Shown here piece by piece: positions 1-13,199 of a DNA stretch of 64,000 nt. This stretch comes from Eledone cirrhosa. Lineage: Eukaryota. Each line of letters begins with the position of its first letter. The first letter of the stretch is position 1. Made by a program: the position numbers and the translations under genes. The notes below the pieces were generated by a model, which was not told where the DNA came from, ran no database searches, and saw nothing but the letters and a program-made list of their open reading frames with translations. The stretch lies in the NCBI GenBank assembly GCA_964016885.1, contig OZ024741.1:3906001-3970000 (forward strand), in the 5' to 3' direction.

Positions 1-3000
1 AAGGATCCAGTGTCTCGACAGCTAACAACTGATGTAGTTAGTTTGTTCCATGGAGGTTTTAAAGGATGCAGTGTCTCGACAGCTAACAACTGATGCAAGT
101 AGTTTGTTCCATCGAGGTTTTAAAGGATGCAGTGTCTCGACAGCTAACAACTGATGCAAGTAGTTTGTTCCATGGAGGTTTTAAAGGATGCAGTGTCTCG
201 ACAGCTAACAACTGATTCTGGTAGTTTGTTCCATGGAGGTTTCAAACGATCCAGTGTCTCGACAGCTAACAACTGATGCAGGTAGTTTGTTCCATGGAGA
301 TTTTAAAGGATCTAGTGTCTCGATAGGTAACAACTGATGCTGGTAGTTTGTTCCATGGATGTTTTAAAGGATGCAGTGTCTCGACAGCAAACAACTGATG
401 CTGGTAGTTTGTTCCATGGAGATTTTAAAGTATCTAGTGTCTCGATAGCTAACAACTGATGCTGGTAGTTTGTTCCATGGAGGTCTTAAAGGATGCAGTG
501 TCTTGACAGCTAACAACTGATGGAGGTAGTTTCTTCCATGGATGCTTTAAAGGATGCAGTGTTGCGACAGCTAACAACCGATGCTGGTAGTTTGTTCCAT
601 GCAGGTTTTAAAGGATCCAGTGTCTCGACAGCTAACAGCTGATGCTGGTAGTTTGTTTCATGGAGGTTTGAAAGGATGCAGTGTCTTGACAGCTAACAAC
701 TGATGCAGGTAGTTTGTTCCATGGAGGTTTTAAAGGATGCAGTATCTCAAAAGCTAGCAACTGATGCAGGTAGTTTGTTCCATGGAGGTTTTAATGGATC
801 CAGTGTCTCGACAGCTAACAACTAATGAAGGTAGTTTGTTCCATGGAGGTTTTAAAGGATGCAGTGTCTCGACAGCTAACAACTGATGCAGGTAGTTTGT
901 TCCATAGAGGTTTTTTAGGATGCAGTGTCTTGACAGCTAACAACTGATGCAGGTAGTTTGTTCCATGGAGGTTTTAATGGATCCAGTGTCTCGACAGCTA
1001 ACAACTAATGAAGGTAGTTTGTTCCATGGAGGTTTTAAAGGATGCAGTGTCTCGACAGCTAACAACTGATGCAAGTAGTTTGTTCCATGGAGGTTTTAAA
1101 GGATGCAGTGTCTCGACAGCTAACAACTGATTCTGGTAGTTTGTTCCATGGAGGTTTTAAAGGATGCAGTGTCTTGACAGCTAACAACTGGTGTTGGTAG
1201 TTTGTTCCATGGAGGTTTTAAAGGATGCAGTGTCTCGACAGCTAACAACTGATTCTGATAGTTTGTTCCATGGAGGTTTCAAACGATCCAGTGTCTCGAC
1301 AGCTAACAACTGATGCACGTAGTTTGTTCCATGGAGATTTTAAAGGATGCAGTGTCTCGACAGCTAACAACTGGTGCAGGTAGTTTGTTCCATGGATGTT
1401 TTAAAGGATGCAGTGTCTCGACAGCTAACAACTGATGCTGGTAGTTTGTTCCATGGAGATTTTAAAGGATCTAGTGTCTCGATAGCTAACAACTGATGCT
1501 GGTAGTTTGTTCCATGGAGGTTTTAAAGGATGCAGTGTCTCGACAGCTAACAACTGGTGCAGGTAGTTTGTTCCATGGAGGTTTTAAAAGATGCAGTGTC
1601 TCGACAGCTAACAACTGATGCAGGTAGTTTGTTCCATGGAGGTTTTAAAGGATGCAGTATCTCAAAAGCTAACAACTGATGCAGATAGTTTGTTCCATAG
1701 AAGTTTTAAAGGATGCAGTGTCCGGACAGCTAACAACTGATGCAGGTAGTGTGTTCCATGGAGGTTTTTAAGGATGCAGTGTCTCGACAGCTAACAACTG
1801 ATGCAGGTAGTTTGTTCCATAGAGGTTTTTAAGGATGCAGTGTCTCGACAGCTAACAACTGATGCAGGTAGTTTGTTCCACGGAGGTTTTAATGGATCCA
1901 GTGTCTCGACAGCTAACAACTGATGCAGGTAGTTTGTTCCATGGAGGTTTTAATGGATCCAGTGTCTCGACAGCTAACAACTAATGAAGGTAGTTTGTTC
2001 CATAGAGGTTTTAAAGGATCGAGTGTCTCGACAGCTAACAACTGATGTAGGTAGTTTGTTCCATGGAGGTTTTAAAGGATGCAGTGTCCCGACAGCTAAC
2101 AACTGATGCAGGTAGTGTGTTCCATGGAGGTTTTTAAGGATGCAGTGTCTCGACAGCTAACAACTGATGCAGGTAGTTTGTTCCATAGAGGTTTTTAAAG
2201 ATGCAGTGTCTCGACAGCTAACAACTGATGCAGGTAGTTTGTTCCATGGAGGTTTTAATGGATCCAGTGTCTCGACAGCTAACAACTAATGGAGGTAGTT
2301 TGTTCCATGGAGGTTTTAAAGGATCCAGTGTCTCGACAGCTAACAACTGATGTAGGTAGTTTGTTCCATGGAGGTTTTAAAGGATGCAGTGTCCCGACAG
2401 CTAACAACTGATGCAGGTAGTGTGTTCCATGGAGGTTTTTAAGGATGCAGTGTCTCGACAGCTAACAACTGATGCAGGTAGTTTGTTCCATAGAGGTTTT
2501 TAAAGATGCAGTGTCTCGACAGCTAACAACTGATGCAGGTAGTTTGTTCCATGGAGGTTTTAATGGATCCAGTGTCTCGACAGCTAACAACTAATGGAGG
2601 TAGTTTGTTACATGGAGGTTTTAAAGGATCCAGTGTCTCGACAGCTAACAACTGATGTAGGTAGTTTGTTCCATGGAGGTTTTAAAGGATGCAGTGTCTC
2701 GACAGCTAACAACTGATGCAAGTAGTTTGTTCCATGGAGGTTTTAAAGGATGCAGTGTCTCGACAGATAACAACTGATGCAGGTAGTTTATTCCATAGAG
2801 GTTTTAAAGGATGCAGTGTCTCGACAGCTAACAACTGATGCAGGTAGTTTGTTCAATAGAGGTTTTTAAGGATGCAGTGTCTCGACAGCTAACAACTGAT
2901 GTAGGTAGTTTGTTCCATAGAGGTTTTAAAGGATGCAGTGTCTCGACAGCTAACAACTGATGCAGGTAGTTTGTTCCATAGAGGTTTTTAAGGATGCAGT

Positions 3001-6000
3001 GTCTCGACAGCTAACAACTGATGCAGGTAGTTTGTTCCATAGAGGTTTTTAAGGATGCAGTGTCTCGACAGCTAACAACTGATGTAGGTAGTTTGTTCCA
3101 TGGAGGTTTTAATGGATCCAGTGTCTCGACAGCTAACAACTAATGGAGGTAGTTTGTTCCATGGAGGTTTTAAAGGATCCAGTGTCTCGACAGCTAACAA
3201 CTGATGCATGTAGTTTGTTCCATGGAGGTTTTAAAGGATGCAGTATCTCAAAAGCTAACAACTGATGCAGGTAGTTTGTTCCATAGAGGTTTTAAAGGAT
3301 GCAGTGTCCCGACAGCTAACAACTGATGCAGGTAGTGTGTTCCATGGAGGTTTTTAAGGATGCAGTGTCTCGACAGCTAACAACTGATGCAGGTAGTTTG
3401 TTCCATGGAGGTTTTAATGGATCCAGTGTCTCGACAGCTAACAACTGATGAAGGTAGTTTGTTCCATGGATGTTTTAAAGGATGCAGTGTCTCGACAGCT
3501 AACAACTGATGCAGGTAGTTTGTTCCATGGAGGTTTTAAAGGAAGCAGTGTCTCGACAGCTAACAACTGATGCAGGTAGTTTGTTCCATAGAGGTTTTAA
3601 AGGATGCAGTGTCTCAACAGCTAACAACTGATGCAGGTAGTTTGTTCCATGGATGTTTTAAAGGATGCAGTGTCTCGACAGCTAACAACTGATGAAGGTA
3701 GTTTGTTCCATGGAGGTTTTAGAGGATGCAGTATCTCAAAAGCTAACAACTGATGCAGGTAGTTTGTTCCATAGAGGTTTTAAAGGATGCAGTGTCACGA
3801 CAGCTAACAACTGATGCAGGTAGTGTGTTCCATGGAGGTTTTTAAGGATGCAGTGTCTCAACAGCTAACAACTGATGCAGGTAGTTTGTTCCATGGAGGT
3901 TTTAATGGATCCAGTGTCTCGACAGCTAACAACTAATGAAGGTAGTTTGTTCCATGGAGGTTTTAAAGGATCCAGTGTCTCGACAGCTAACAATTGATGC
4001 AGGTAGTTTGTTCCATGGAGGTTTTAATGGATCCAGTGTCTCGACAGCTAACAACTGATGCAGGTAGTTTGTTCCATGGAGGTTTTAAAGGATGTAGTGT
4101 CTCGACAGCTAACAACTGATCCAGGTAGTTTGTTCCATGGATGTTTTAAAGGATGCAGTGTCTCGACAGCTAACAACTGATGCAGGTAGTTTGTTCCATA
4201 GAGGTTTTAAAGGATGCAGTGTCTCGACAGCTAACAACTGTTGCAGGTAGTTTGTTCCATGGAGATTCTAAAGGATGCAGTGTCTCGACAGCTAACAACT
4301 GATGCAGGTAGTTTGTTCCATGGATGTTTTAAAGGATGCAGTCTCTCGACAGCTAATAACTGGTGCTGGTAGTTTGTTCCATGGAGGTTTTAAAGGGTCC
4401 AGTGTCTCAACAGCTAACAACTGATGCTGGTAGTTTGTTCCATGGAGGTTTTAAAGGATGCAGTGTCTCGACAGCTAATAGCTGATGAAGGTAGTTTGTT
4501 CAATGGAGGTTTTAAAGGATGCAGTGTCTCGACAGCTAACAACTGGTGCTGGTAGTTTGTAGCTTGGAGGTATTAAAGGATTCAGTGTCTCGACAGCTAA
4601 CAACTGATTCTGGTAGTGTGTTCCATGGAGGTTTCAAACGATCCAGTGTCTCGACAGCTAACAACTGATGCAGGTAGTTCGTTCCATGGATGTTTTAAAG
4701 GATGCAGTGTCTCGACAGCTAACAACTGATGCAGGTAGTTTGTTCCATGGAGGTTTTAAAGGATGCAGTGTCTCGACAGCTAACAACTGATTCTGGTAGT
4801 TTGTTCCATGGAGGTTTCAAACGATCCAGTGTCTCGACAGCTAACAACTGATGCAGGTAGTTTGTTCCATGGATGTTTTAAAGGATGCAGTGTCTCGACA
4901 GCTAACAACTGATGCTGGTAGTTTGTTCCATGGAGATTTTAAAGGATCTAGTGTCTCGATAGCTAACAACTGATGCTGGTAGTTTGTTCCATGGAGGTTT
5001 TAAAGGATGCAGTGTCTTGACAGCTAACAACTGATGGAGGTAGTTTCTTCCATGGATGTTTTAAAGGATGCAGCGTCGCGACAGCTAACAACCGATGCTG
5101 GTAATTTGTTCCATGCAGGTTTTAAAGGTACCAGTGTCTCGACAGCTAACAGCTGATGCTGGTAGTTTGTTCCATGGAGGTTTTAAAGGATGCAGTGTCT
5201 TGACAGCTAACAACTGATGCAGGTAGTTTGTTCCATGGAGGTTTTAAAGGATGCAGTATCTCAAAAGCTAGCAACTGATGCAGGTAGTTTGTTCCATAGA
5301 GGTTTTTATGGATGCAGTGTCTTGACAGCTAACAACTGATGCAGGTAGTTTGTTCCATGGAGGTTTTAATGGATCCAGTGTCTCGACAGCTAACAACTAA
5401 TGAAGGTAGTTTGTTCCATGGAGGTTTTAAAGGATGCAGTGTCTCGACAGCTAACAACTGATGCAAGTAGTTTGTTCCATGGAGGTTTTAAAGGATGCAG
5501 TGTCTCGACAGCTAACAACTGATGCAAGTAGTTTGTTCCATGGAGGTTTTAACGGATGCAGTGTCTCGCCAGCTAACAACTGATTCTGGTAGTTTGTTCC
5601 ATGGAGGTTTTAAAGGATGCAGTGTCTTGACAGCTAACAACTGGTGCTGGTAGTTTGTTCCATGGAGGTTTTAAAGGATGCAGTGTCTCGACAGCTAACA
5701 ACTGATTCTGGTAGTTTGTTCCATGGAGGTTTCAAACGATCCAGTGTCTCGACAGCTAACAACTGATGCAGGTAGTTTGTTCCATGGAGATTTTAAAGGA
5801 TCTAGTGTCTCGATAGCTAACAACTGATGCTGGTAGTTTGTTCCATGGAGGTTTTAAAGGATGCAGTGTCTCGACAGCTAACAACTGGTGCAGGTAGTTT
5901 GTTCCATGGATGTTTTAAAGGATGCAGTGTCTCGACAGCTAACAACTGATGCTGGTAGTTTGTTCCATGGAGATTTTAAAGGATCTAGTGTCTCGATAGC

Positions 6001-9000
6001 TAACAACTGATGCTGGTAGTTTGTTCCATGGAGGTTTTAAAGGATGCAGTGTCTCGACAGCTAACAACTGGTGCAGGTAGTTTGTTCCATGGAGGTTTTA
6101 AAAGATGCAGTGTCTCGACAGCTAACAACTGATGCAGGTAGTTTGTTCCATGGAGGTTTTAAAGGATGCAGTATCTCAAAAGCTAACAACTGATGCAGAT
6201 AGTTTGTTCCATAGAAGTTTTAAAGGATGCAGTGTCCGGACAGCTAACAACTGATGCAGGTAGTGTGTTCCATGGAGGTTTTTAAGGATGCAGTGTCTCG
6301 ACAGCTAACAACTGGTGCAGGTAGTTTGTTCCATGGATGTTTTAAAGGATGCAGTGTCTCGACAGCTAACAACTGATGCTGGTAGTTTGTTCCATGGAGG
6401 TATTAAAGGTTCCAGTGTCTCGACAGCTAACAACTGGTGTAGTTAGTTTGTTCCATGGAGGTTTTAAAGGATGCAGTGTCTCGACAGCTAACAACTGATG
6501 CTGGTAGTTTGTTCCATGGAGATTCTAAAGGATGCAGTGTCTCGACAGCTAACAACTAATGAAGGTAGTTTGTTCCATGGAGGTTTTAAAGGCTCCAGTG
6601 TCTCGACAGCTAACAACTGATGTAGGTAGTTTGTTCCATGGAGGTTTTAAAGCATGCAGTGTCCCGACAGCTAACAACTGATGCAGGTAGTGTGTTCCAT
6701 GGAGGTTTTTAAGGATGCAGTGTCTCGACAGCTAACAACTGATGCAGGTAGTGTGTTCCATGGAGGTTTTTAAGGATGCAGTGTCTCGACAGCTAACAAC
6801 TGATGCAGGTAGTTTGTTCCATAGAGGTTTTAATGGATCCAGTGTCTCGACAGCTAACAACTAATGAAGGTAGTTTGTTCCATGGAGGTTTTAAAGGATC
6901 CAGTGTCTCGACAGCTAACAACTGATGTAGGTAGTTTGTTCCATGGAGGTTTTAAAGGATGCAGTGTCCCGACAGCTAACAACTGATGCAGGTAGTGTGT
7001 TCCATGGAGGTTTTAAGGATGCAGTGTCTCGACAGCTAACAACTGATGCAGGTAGTTTGTTCCATAGAGGTTTTTAAAGATGCAGTGTCTCGACAGCTAA
7101 CAACTGATGCAGGTAGTTTGTTCCATGGAGGTTTTAATGGATCCAGTGTCTCGACAGCTAACAACTGATGTAGGTAGTTTGTTCCATGGAGGTTCTAAAG
7201 GATCCAGTGTCTCAACAGCTAACAACTGATGCTGGTAGTTTGTTCCATGGAGGTTTTAAAGGATGCAGTGTCTCGACAGCTAATAGCTGATGAAGGTAGT
7301 TTGTTCAATGGAGGTTTTAAAGGATGCAGTGTCTCGACAGCTAGCAAATGGTGCTGGTAGTTTGTTCCTTGGAGGTATTAAAGGATTCAGTGTCTCGACA
7401 GCTAACAACTGATGTAGTTAGTTTGTTCCATGGAGGTTTTAAAGGATGCAGTGTCTCGACAGCTAACAACTGATGTAGTTAGTTTGTTCCATGGAGGTTT
7501 TAAAGGATGCAGTGTCTCGACAGCTAACAACTGATGCAAGTAGTTTGTTCCATGGAGGTTTTAAAGGATGCAGTGTCTCGACAGCTAACAATTGATGCAG
7601 GTAGTTTGTTCCATGGAGGTTTTAAAGGATGCAGTGTCTCGACAGCTAACAACTGATTCTGGTAGTTTGTTCCATGGAGGTTTTAAAGGATGCAGTGTCT
7701 TGACAGCTAACAACTGGTGCTGGTAGTTTGTTCCATGGAGGTTTTAAAGGATGCAGTGTCTCGACAGCTAACAACTGATGCAGGTAGTTTGTTCCATGGA
7801 TGTTTTAAAGGATGCAGTGTCGTGACAGCTAACAACTGATGCTGGTAGTTTGTTCCATGGAGATTTTAAAGGATCTAGTGTCTCGATAGTTAACGACTGA
7901 TGCTGGTAGTTTGTTCCATGGAGGTTTTAAAGGATGCAGTGTCTCGACAGCTAACAACTGGTGCAGGTAGTTTGTTCCATGGAGGTTTTAAAGGATGCAG
8001 TGTCCGGACAGCTAACAACTGATGCAGGTAGTGTGTTCCATGGAGGTTTTTAAGGATGCAGTGTCTCGACAGCTAACAACTGATGCAGGTAGTTTGTTCC
8101 ATAGAGGTTTTTAAGGATGCAGTGTCTCGACAGCTAACAACTGATGCAGGTAGTTTGTTCCATGGAGGTTTTAATGGATCCAGTGTCTCGACAGCTAACA
8201 ACTGATGCAGGTAGTTTGTTCCATGGAGGTATAATGGATCCAGTGTCTCGACAGCTAACAACTGATGCAGGTAGTTTGTTCCATAGAGGTTTTTAAAGAT
8301 GCAGTGTCTCGACAGCTAACAACTAATGGAGGTAGTTTGTTCCATGGAGGTTTTAAAGGATCCAGTGTCTCGACAGCTAACAACTGATGCAGGTAGTTTG
8401 TTCCATGGAGGTTTTAAATGATGCAGTGTCTCGACAGCTAACAACTGATGCAAGTAGTTTGTTCCATGGAGGTTTTAAAGGATGCAGTGTCTCGACAGCT
8501 AACAACTGATGCAGGTAGTTTATTCCATAGAGGTTTTAAGGGATGCAGTGTCTCGACAGCTAACAACTGATGCAGGTAGTTTGTTCAATAGAGGTTTTTA
8601 AGGATGCAGTGTCTCGACAGCTAACAACTGATGCAGGTAGTTTGTTCCATGGAGGTTTTAATGGATCCAGTGTCTCGACAGCTAACAACTAATGGAGGTA
8701 GTTTGTTCCATGGAGGTTTTAAAGGATCCAGTGTCTCGACAGCTAACAACTGATTCTGGTAGTTTGTTCCATGGAGGTTTCAAACGATCCAGTGTCTCGA
8801 CAGCTAACAACTGGTGCAGGTATTTTGTTCCATGGAGGTTTTAAAAGATGCAGTGTCTCGACAGCTAACAACTGATGCAGGTAGTGTGTTCCATGGAGGT
8901 TTTTAAGGATGCAGTGTCTCGACAGCTAACAACTGATGCAGGTAGTTTGTTCCATGGAGGTTTTAATGGATCCAGTGTCTCGACAGCTAACAACTGATGC

Positions 9001-12000
9001 AGGTAGTTTGTTCCATGGAGGTTTTAATGGATCCAGTGTCTCGACAGCTAACAACTAATGAAGGTAGTTTGTTCCATGGAGGTTTTAAAGGATCCAGTGT
9101 CTCGACAGCTAACAACTGATGTAGGTAGTTTGTTCCATGGAGGTTTTAAACGATGCAGTGTCCCGACAGCTAACAACTGATGCAGGTAGTGTGTTCCATG
9201 GAGGTTTTTAAGGATGCAGTGTCTCGACAGCTAACAACTGATGCAGGTAGTTTGTTCCATAGAGGTTTTTAAAGATGCAGTGTCTCGACAGCTAACAACT
9301 AATGGAGGTAGTTTGTTCCATGGAGGTTTTAAAGGATCCAGTGTCTCGACAGCTAACAACTGATGCAGGTAGTTTGTTCCATGGAGGTTTTAAATGATGC
9401 AGTGTCTCGACAGCTAACAACTGATGCAAGTAGTTTGTTCCATGGAGGTTTTAAAGGATGCAGTGTCTCGACAGCTAACAACTGATGCAGGTAGTTTATT
9501 CCATAGAGGTTTTAAGGGATGCAGTGTCTCGACAGCTAACAACTGATGCAGGTAGTTTGTTCAATAGAGGTTTTTAAGGATGCAGTGTCTCGACAGCTAA
9601 CAACTGATGCAGGTAGTTTGTTCCATGGAGGTTTTAATGGATCCAGTGTCTCGACAGCTAACAACTAATGAAGATAGTTTGTTCCATAGAGGTTTTAAAG
9701 GATGCAGTGTCTCGACAGCTAACAACTGGTGCAGGTAGATTGTTCCATGGAGGTTCTAAAGGATGCAGTGTCTCGACAGCTAACAACTGATGCTGGTAGT
9801 TTGTTCCATGGAGGTATTAAAGGATCCAGTGTCTCGACAGCTAACAACTGGTGTAGTTAGTTTGTTCCATGGAGGTTTTAAAGGATGCAGTGTCTCGACA
9901 GCTAACAACTGATGCTGGGAGTTTGTTCCATGGAGATTCTAAAGGATGCAGTGTCTCGACAGCTAACAACTAATGAAGGTAGTTTGTTCCATGGAGGTTT
10001 TAAAGGCTCCAGTGTCTCGACAGCTAACAACTGATGTAGGTAGTTTGTTCCATGGAGGTTTTAAAGGATGCAGTGTCCCGACAGCTAACAACTGATGCAG
10101 GTAGTGTGCTCCATGGAGGTTTTTAAGGATGCAGTGTCTCGACAGCTAACAACTGATGCAGGTAGTGTGTTCCATGGAGGTTTTTAAGGATGCAGTGTCT
10201 CGACAGCTAACAACTGATGCAGGTAGTTTGTTCCATAGAGGTTTTAATGGATCCAGTGTCTCGACAGCTAACAACTAATGAAGGTAGTTTGTTCCATGGA
10301 GGTTTTAAAGGATCCAGTGTCTCGACAGCTAACAACTGATGTAGGTAGTTTGTTCCATGGAGGTTTTAAAGGATGCAGTGTCCCGACAGCTAACAACTGA
10401 TGCAGGTAGTGTGTTCCATGGAGGTTTTTAAGGATGCAGTGTCTCGACAGCTAACAACTGATGCAGGTAGTTTGTTCCATAGAGGTTTTTAAAGATGCAG
10501 TGTCTCGACAGCTAACAACTGATGCAGGTAGTTTGTTCCATGGAGGTTTTAATGGATCCAGTGTCTCGACAGCTAACAACTGATGTAGGTAGTTTGTTCC
10601 ATGGAGGTTCTAAAGGATCCAGTGTCTCAACAGCTAACAACTGATGCTGGTAGTTTGTTCCATGGAGGTTTTAAAGGATGCAGTGTCTCGACAGCTAATA
10701 GCTGATGAAGGTAGTTTGTTCAATGGAGGTTTTAAAGGATGCAGTGTCTCGACAGCTAGCAACTGGTGCTGGTAGTTTGTTCCTTGGAGGTATTAAAGGA
10801 TTCAGTGTCTCGACAGCTAACAACTGATGTGGTTAGTTTGTTCCATGGAGGTTTTAAAGGATGCAGTGTCTCGACAGCTAACAACTGATGTAGTTAGTTT
10901 GTTCCATGGAGGTTTTAAAGGATGCAGTGTCTCGACAGCTAACAACTGATGCAAGTAGTTTGTTCCATGGAGGTTTTAAAGGATGCAGTGTCTCGACAGC
11001 TAACAATTGATGCAGGTAGTTTGTTCCATGGAGGTTTTAAAGGATGCAGTGTCTCGACAGCTAACAACTGATGCAAGTAGTTTGTTCCATGGAGGTTTTA
11101 AAGGATGCAGTGTCTCGACAGCTAACAACTGATTCTGGTAGTTTGTTCCATGGAGGTTTCAAACGATCCAGTGTCTCGACAGCTAACAACTGATGCAGGT
11201 AGTTTGTTCCATGGATGTTTTAAAGGATGCAGTGTCGTGACAGCTAACAACTGATGCTGGTAGTTTGTTCCATGGAGATTTTAAAGGATCTAGTGTCTCG
11301 ATAGTTAACAACTGATGCTGGTAGTTTGTTCCATGGAGGTTTTAAAGGATGCAGTGTCTCGACAGCTAACAACTGGTGCAGGTAGTTTGTTCCATGGAGG
11401 TTTTAAAGGATGCAGTGTCCGGACAGCTAACAACTGATGCAGGTAGTGTGTTCCATGGAGGTTTTTAAGGATGCAGTGTCTCGACAGCTAACAACTGATG
11501 CAGGTAGTTTGTTCCATAGAGGTTTTTAAGGATGCAGTGTCTCGACAGCTAACAACTGATGCAGGTAGTTTGTTCCATGGAGGTTTTAATGGATCCAGTG
11601 TCTCGACAGCTAACAACTGATGCAGGTAGTTTGTTCCATGGAGGTTTTAATGGATCCAGTGTCTCGACAGCTAACAACTAATGAAGGTAGTTTGTTCCAT
11701 GGAGGTTTTAAAGGATCCAGTGTCTCGACAGCTAACAACTGATGTAGGTAGTTTGTTCCATTGAGGTTTTAAAGGATGCAGTGTCCCGACAGCTAACAAC
11801 TGATGCAGGTAGTGTGTTCCATGGAGGTTTTTAAGGATGCAGTGTCTCGACAGCTAACAACTGATGCAGGTAGTTTGTTCCATAGAGGTTTTTAAAGATG
11901 CAGTGTCTCGACAGCTAACAACTAATGCAGGTAGTTTGTTCCATGGAGGTTTTAAAGGATCCAGTGTCTCGACAGCTAACAACTGATGCAGGTAGTTTGT

Positions 12001-13199
12001 TCCATGGAGGTTTTAAATGATGCAGTGTCTCGACAGCTAACAACTGATGCAAGTAGTTTGTTCCATGGAGGTTTTAAAGGATGCAGTGTCTCGACAGCTA
12101 ACAACTGATGCAGGTAGTTTGTTCAATAGAGGTTTTTAAGGATGCAGTGTCTCGACAGCTAACAACTGATGCAGGTAGTTTGTTCCATGGAGGTTTTAAT
12201 GGATCCAGTGTCTCGACAGCTAACAACTAATGAAGATAGTTTGTTCCATGGAGGTTTTAAAGGATCCAGTGTCTCGACAGCTAACAACTGATGTAGGTAG
12301 TTTGTTCCATAGAGGTTTTAAAGGATGCAGTGTCTCGACAGCTAACAACTGGTGCAGGTAGATTGTTCCATGGAGGTTCTAAAGGATGCAGTGTCTCGAC
12401 AGCTAACAACTGATGCAGGTAGTTTGTTCCATAGAGGTTTTTAAGGATGCAGTGTCTCGACAGCTAACAACTGATGCAGGTAGTGTGTTCCATGGAGGTT
12501 TTTAAGGATGCAGTGTCTCGACAGCTAACAACTGGTGCAGGTAGTTTGTTCCATGGAGGTTTTAAAAGATGCAGTGTCTCGACAGCTAACAACTGATGCA
12601 GGTAGTGTGTTCCATGGAGGTTTTAAAGGATCCAGTGTCTCGACAGCTAACAACTGATGTAGGTAGTTTGTTCCATGGAGGTTTTAAAGGATGCAGTGTC
12701 CCGACAGCTAACAACTGATGCAGGTAGTGTGTTCCATGGAGGTTTTTAAGGATGCAGTGTCTCGACAGCTAACAACTGATGCAGGTAGTTTGTTCCATAG
12801 AGGTTTTTAAAGATGCAGTGTCTCGACAGCTAACAACTGATGAAGGTAGTTTGTTCAATGGAGGTTTTAAAGGATGCAGTGTCTCGACAGCTAGCAACTG
12901 GTACTGGTAGTTTGTTCCTTGGAGGTATTAAAGGATTCAGTGTCTCGACAGCTAACAACTGATGTAGTTAGTTTGTTCCATGGAGGTTTTAAAGGATGCA
13001 GTGTCACGACAGCTAACAACTGATGCAAGTAGTTTGTTCCATGGAGGTTTTAAAGGATCCAGTGTCTCGACAGCTAACAACTGATGTAGGTAGTTTGTTC
13101 CATGGAGGTTTTAATGGATCCAATGTCTCGACAGCTAACAACTGATGTAGGTAGTTTGTTTCATGGAGGTTTTAAAGGATCCAGTGTCTCAACAGCTAA

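Noticed and set aside
8073-8261. 62-aa minus-strand ORF (and the similar 38193-38387 ORF)
   Set aside because: These are translations of the satellite. The period of 61 is not a multiple of 3, so frames cycle and hit stops about every three units; these ORFs arise from chance variants.
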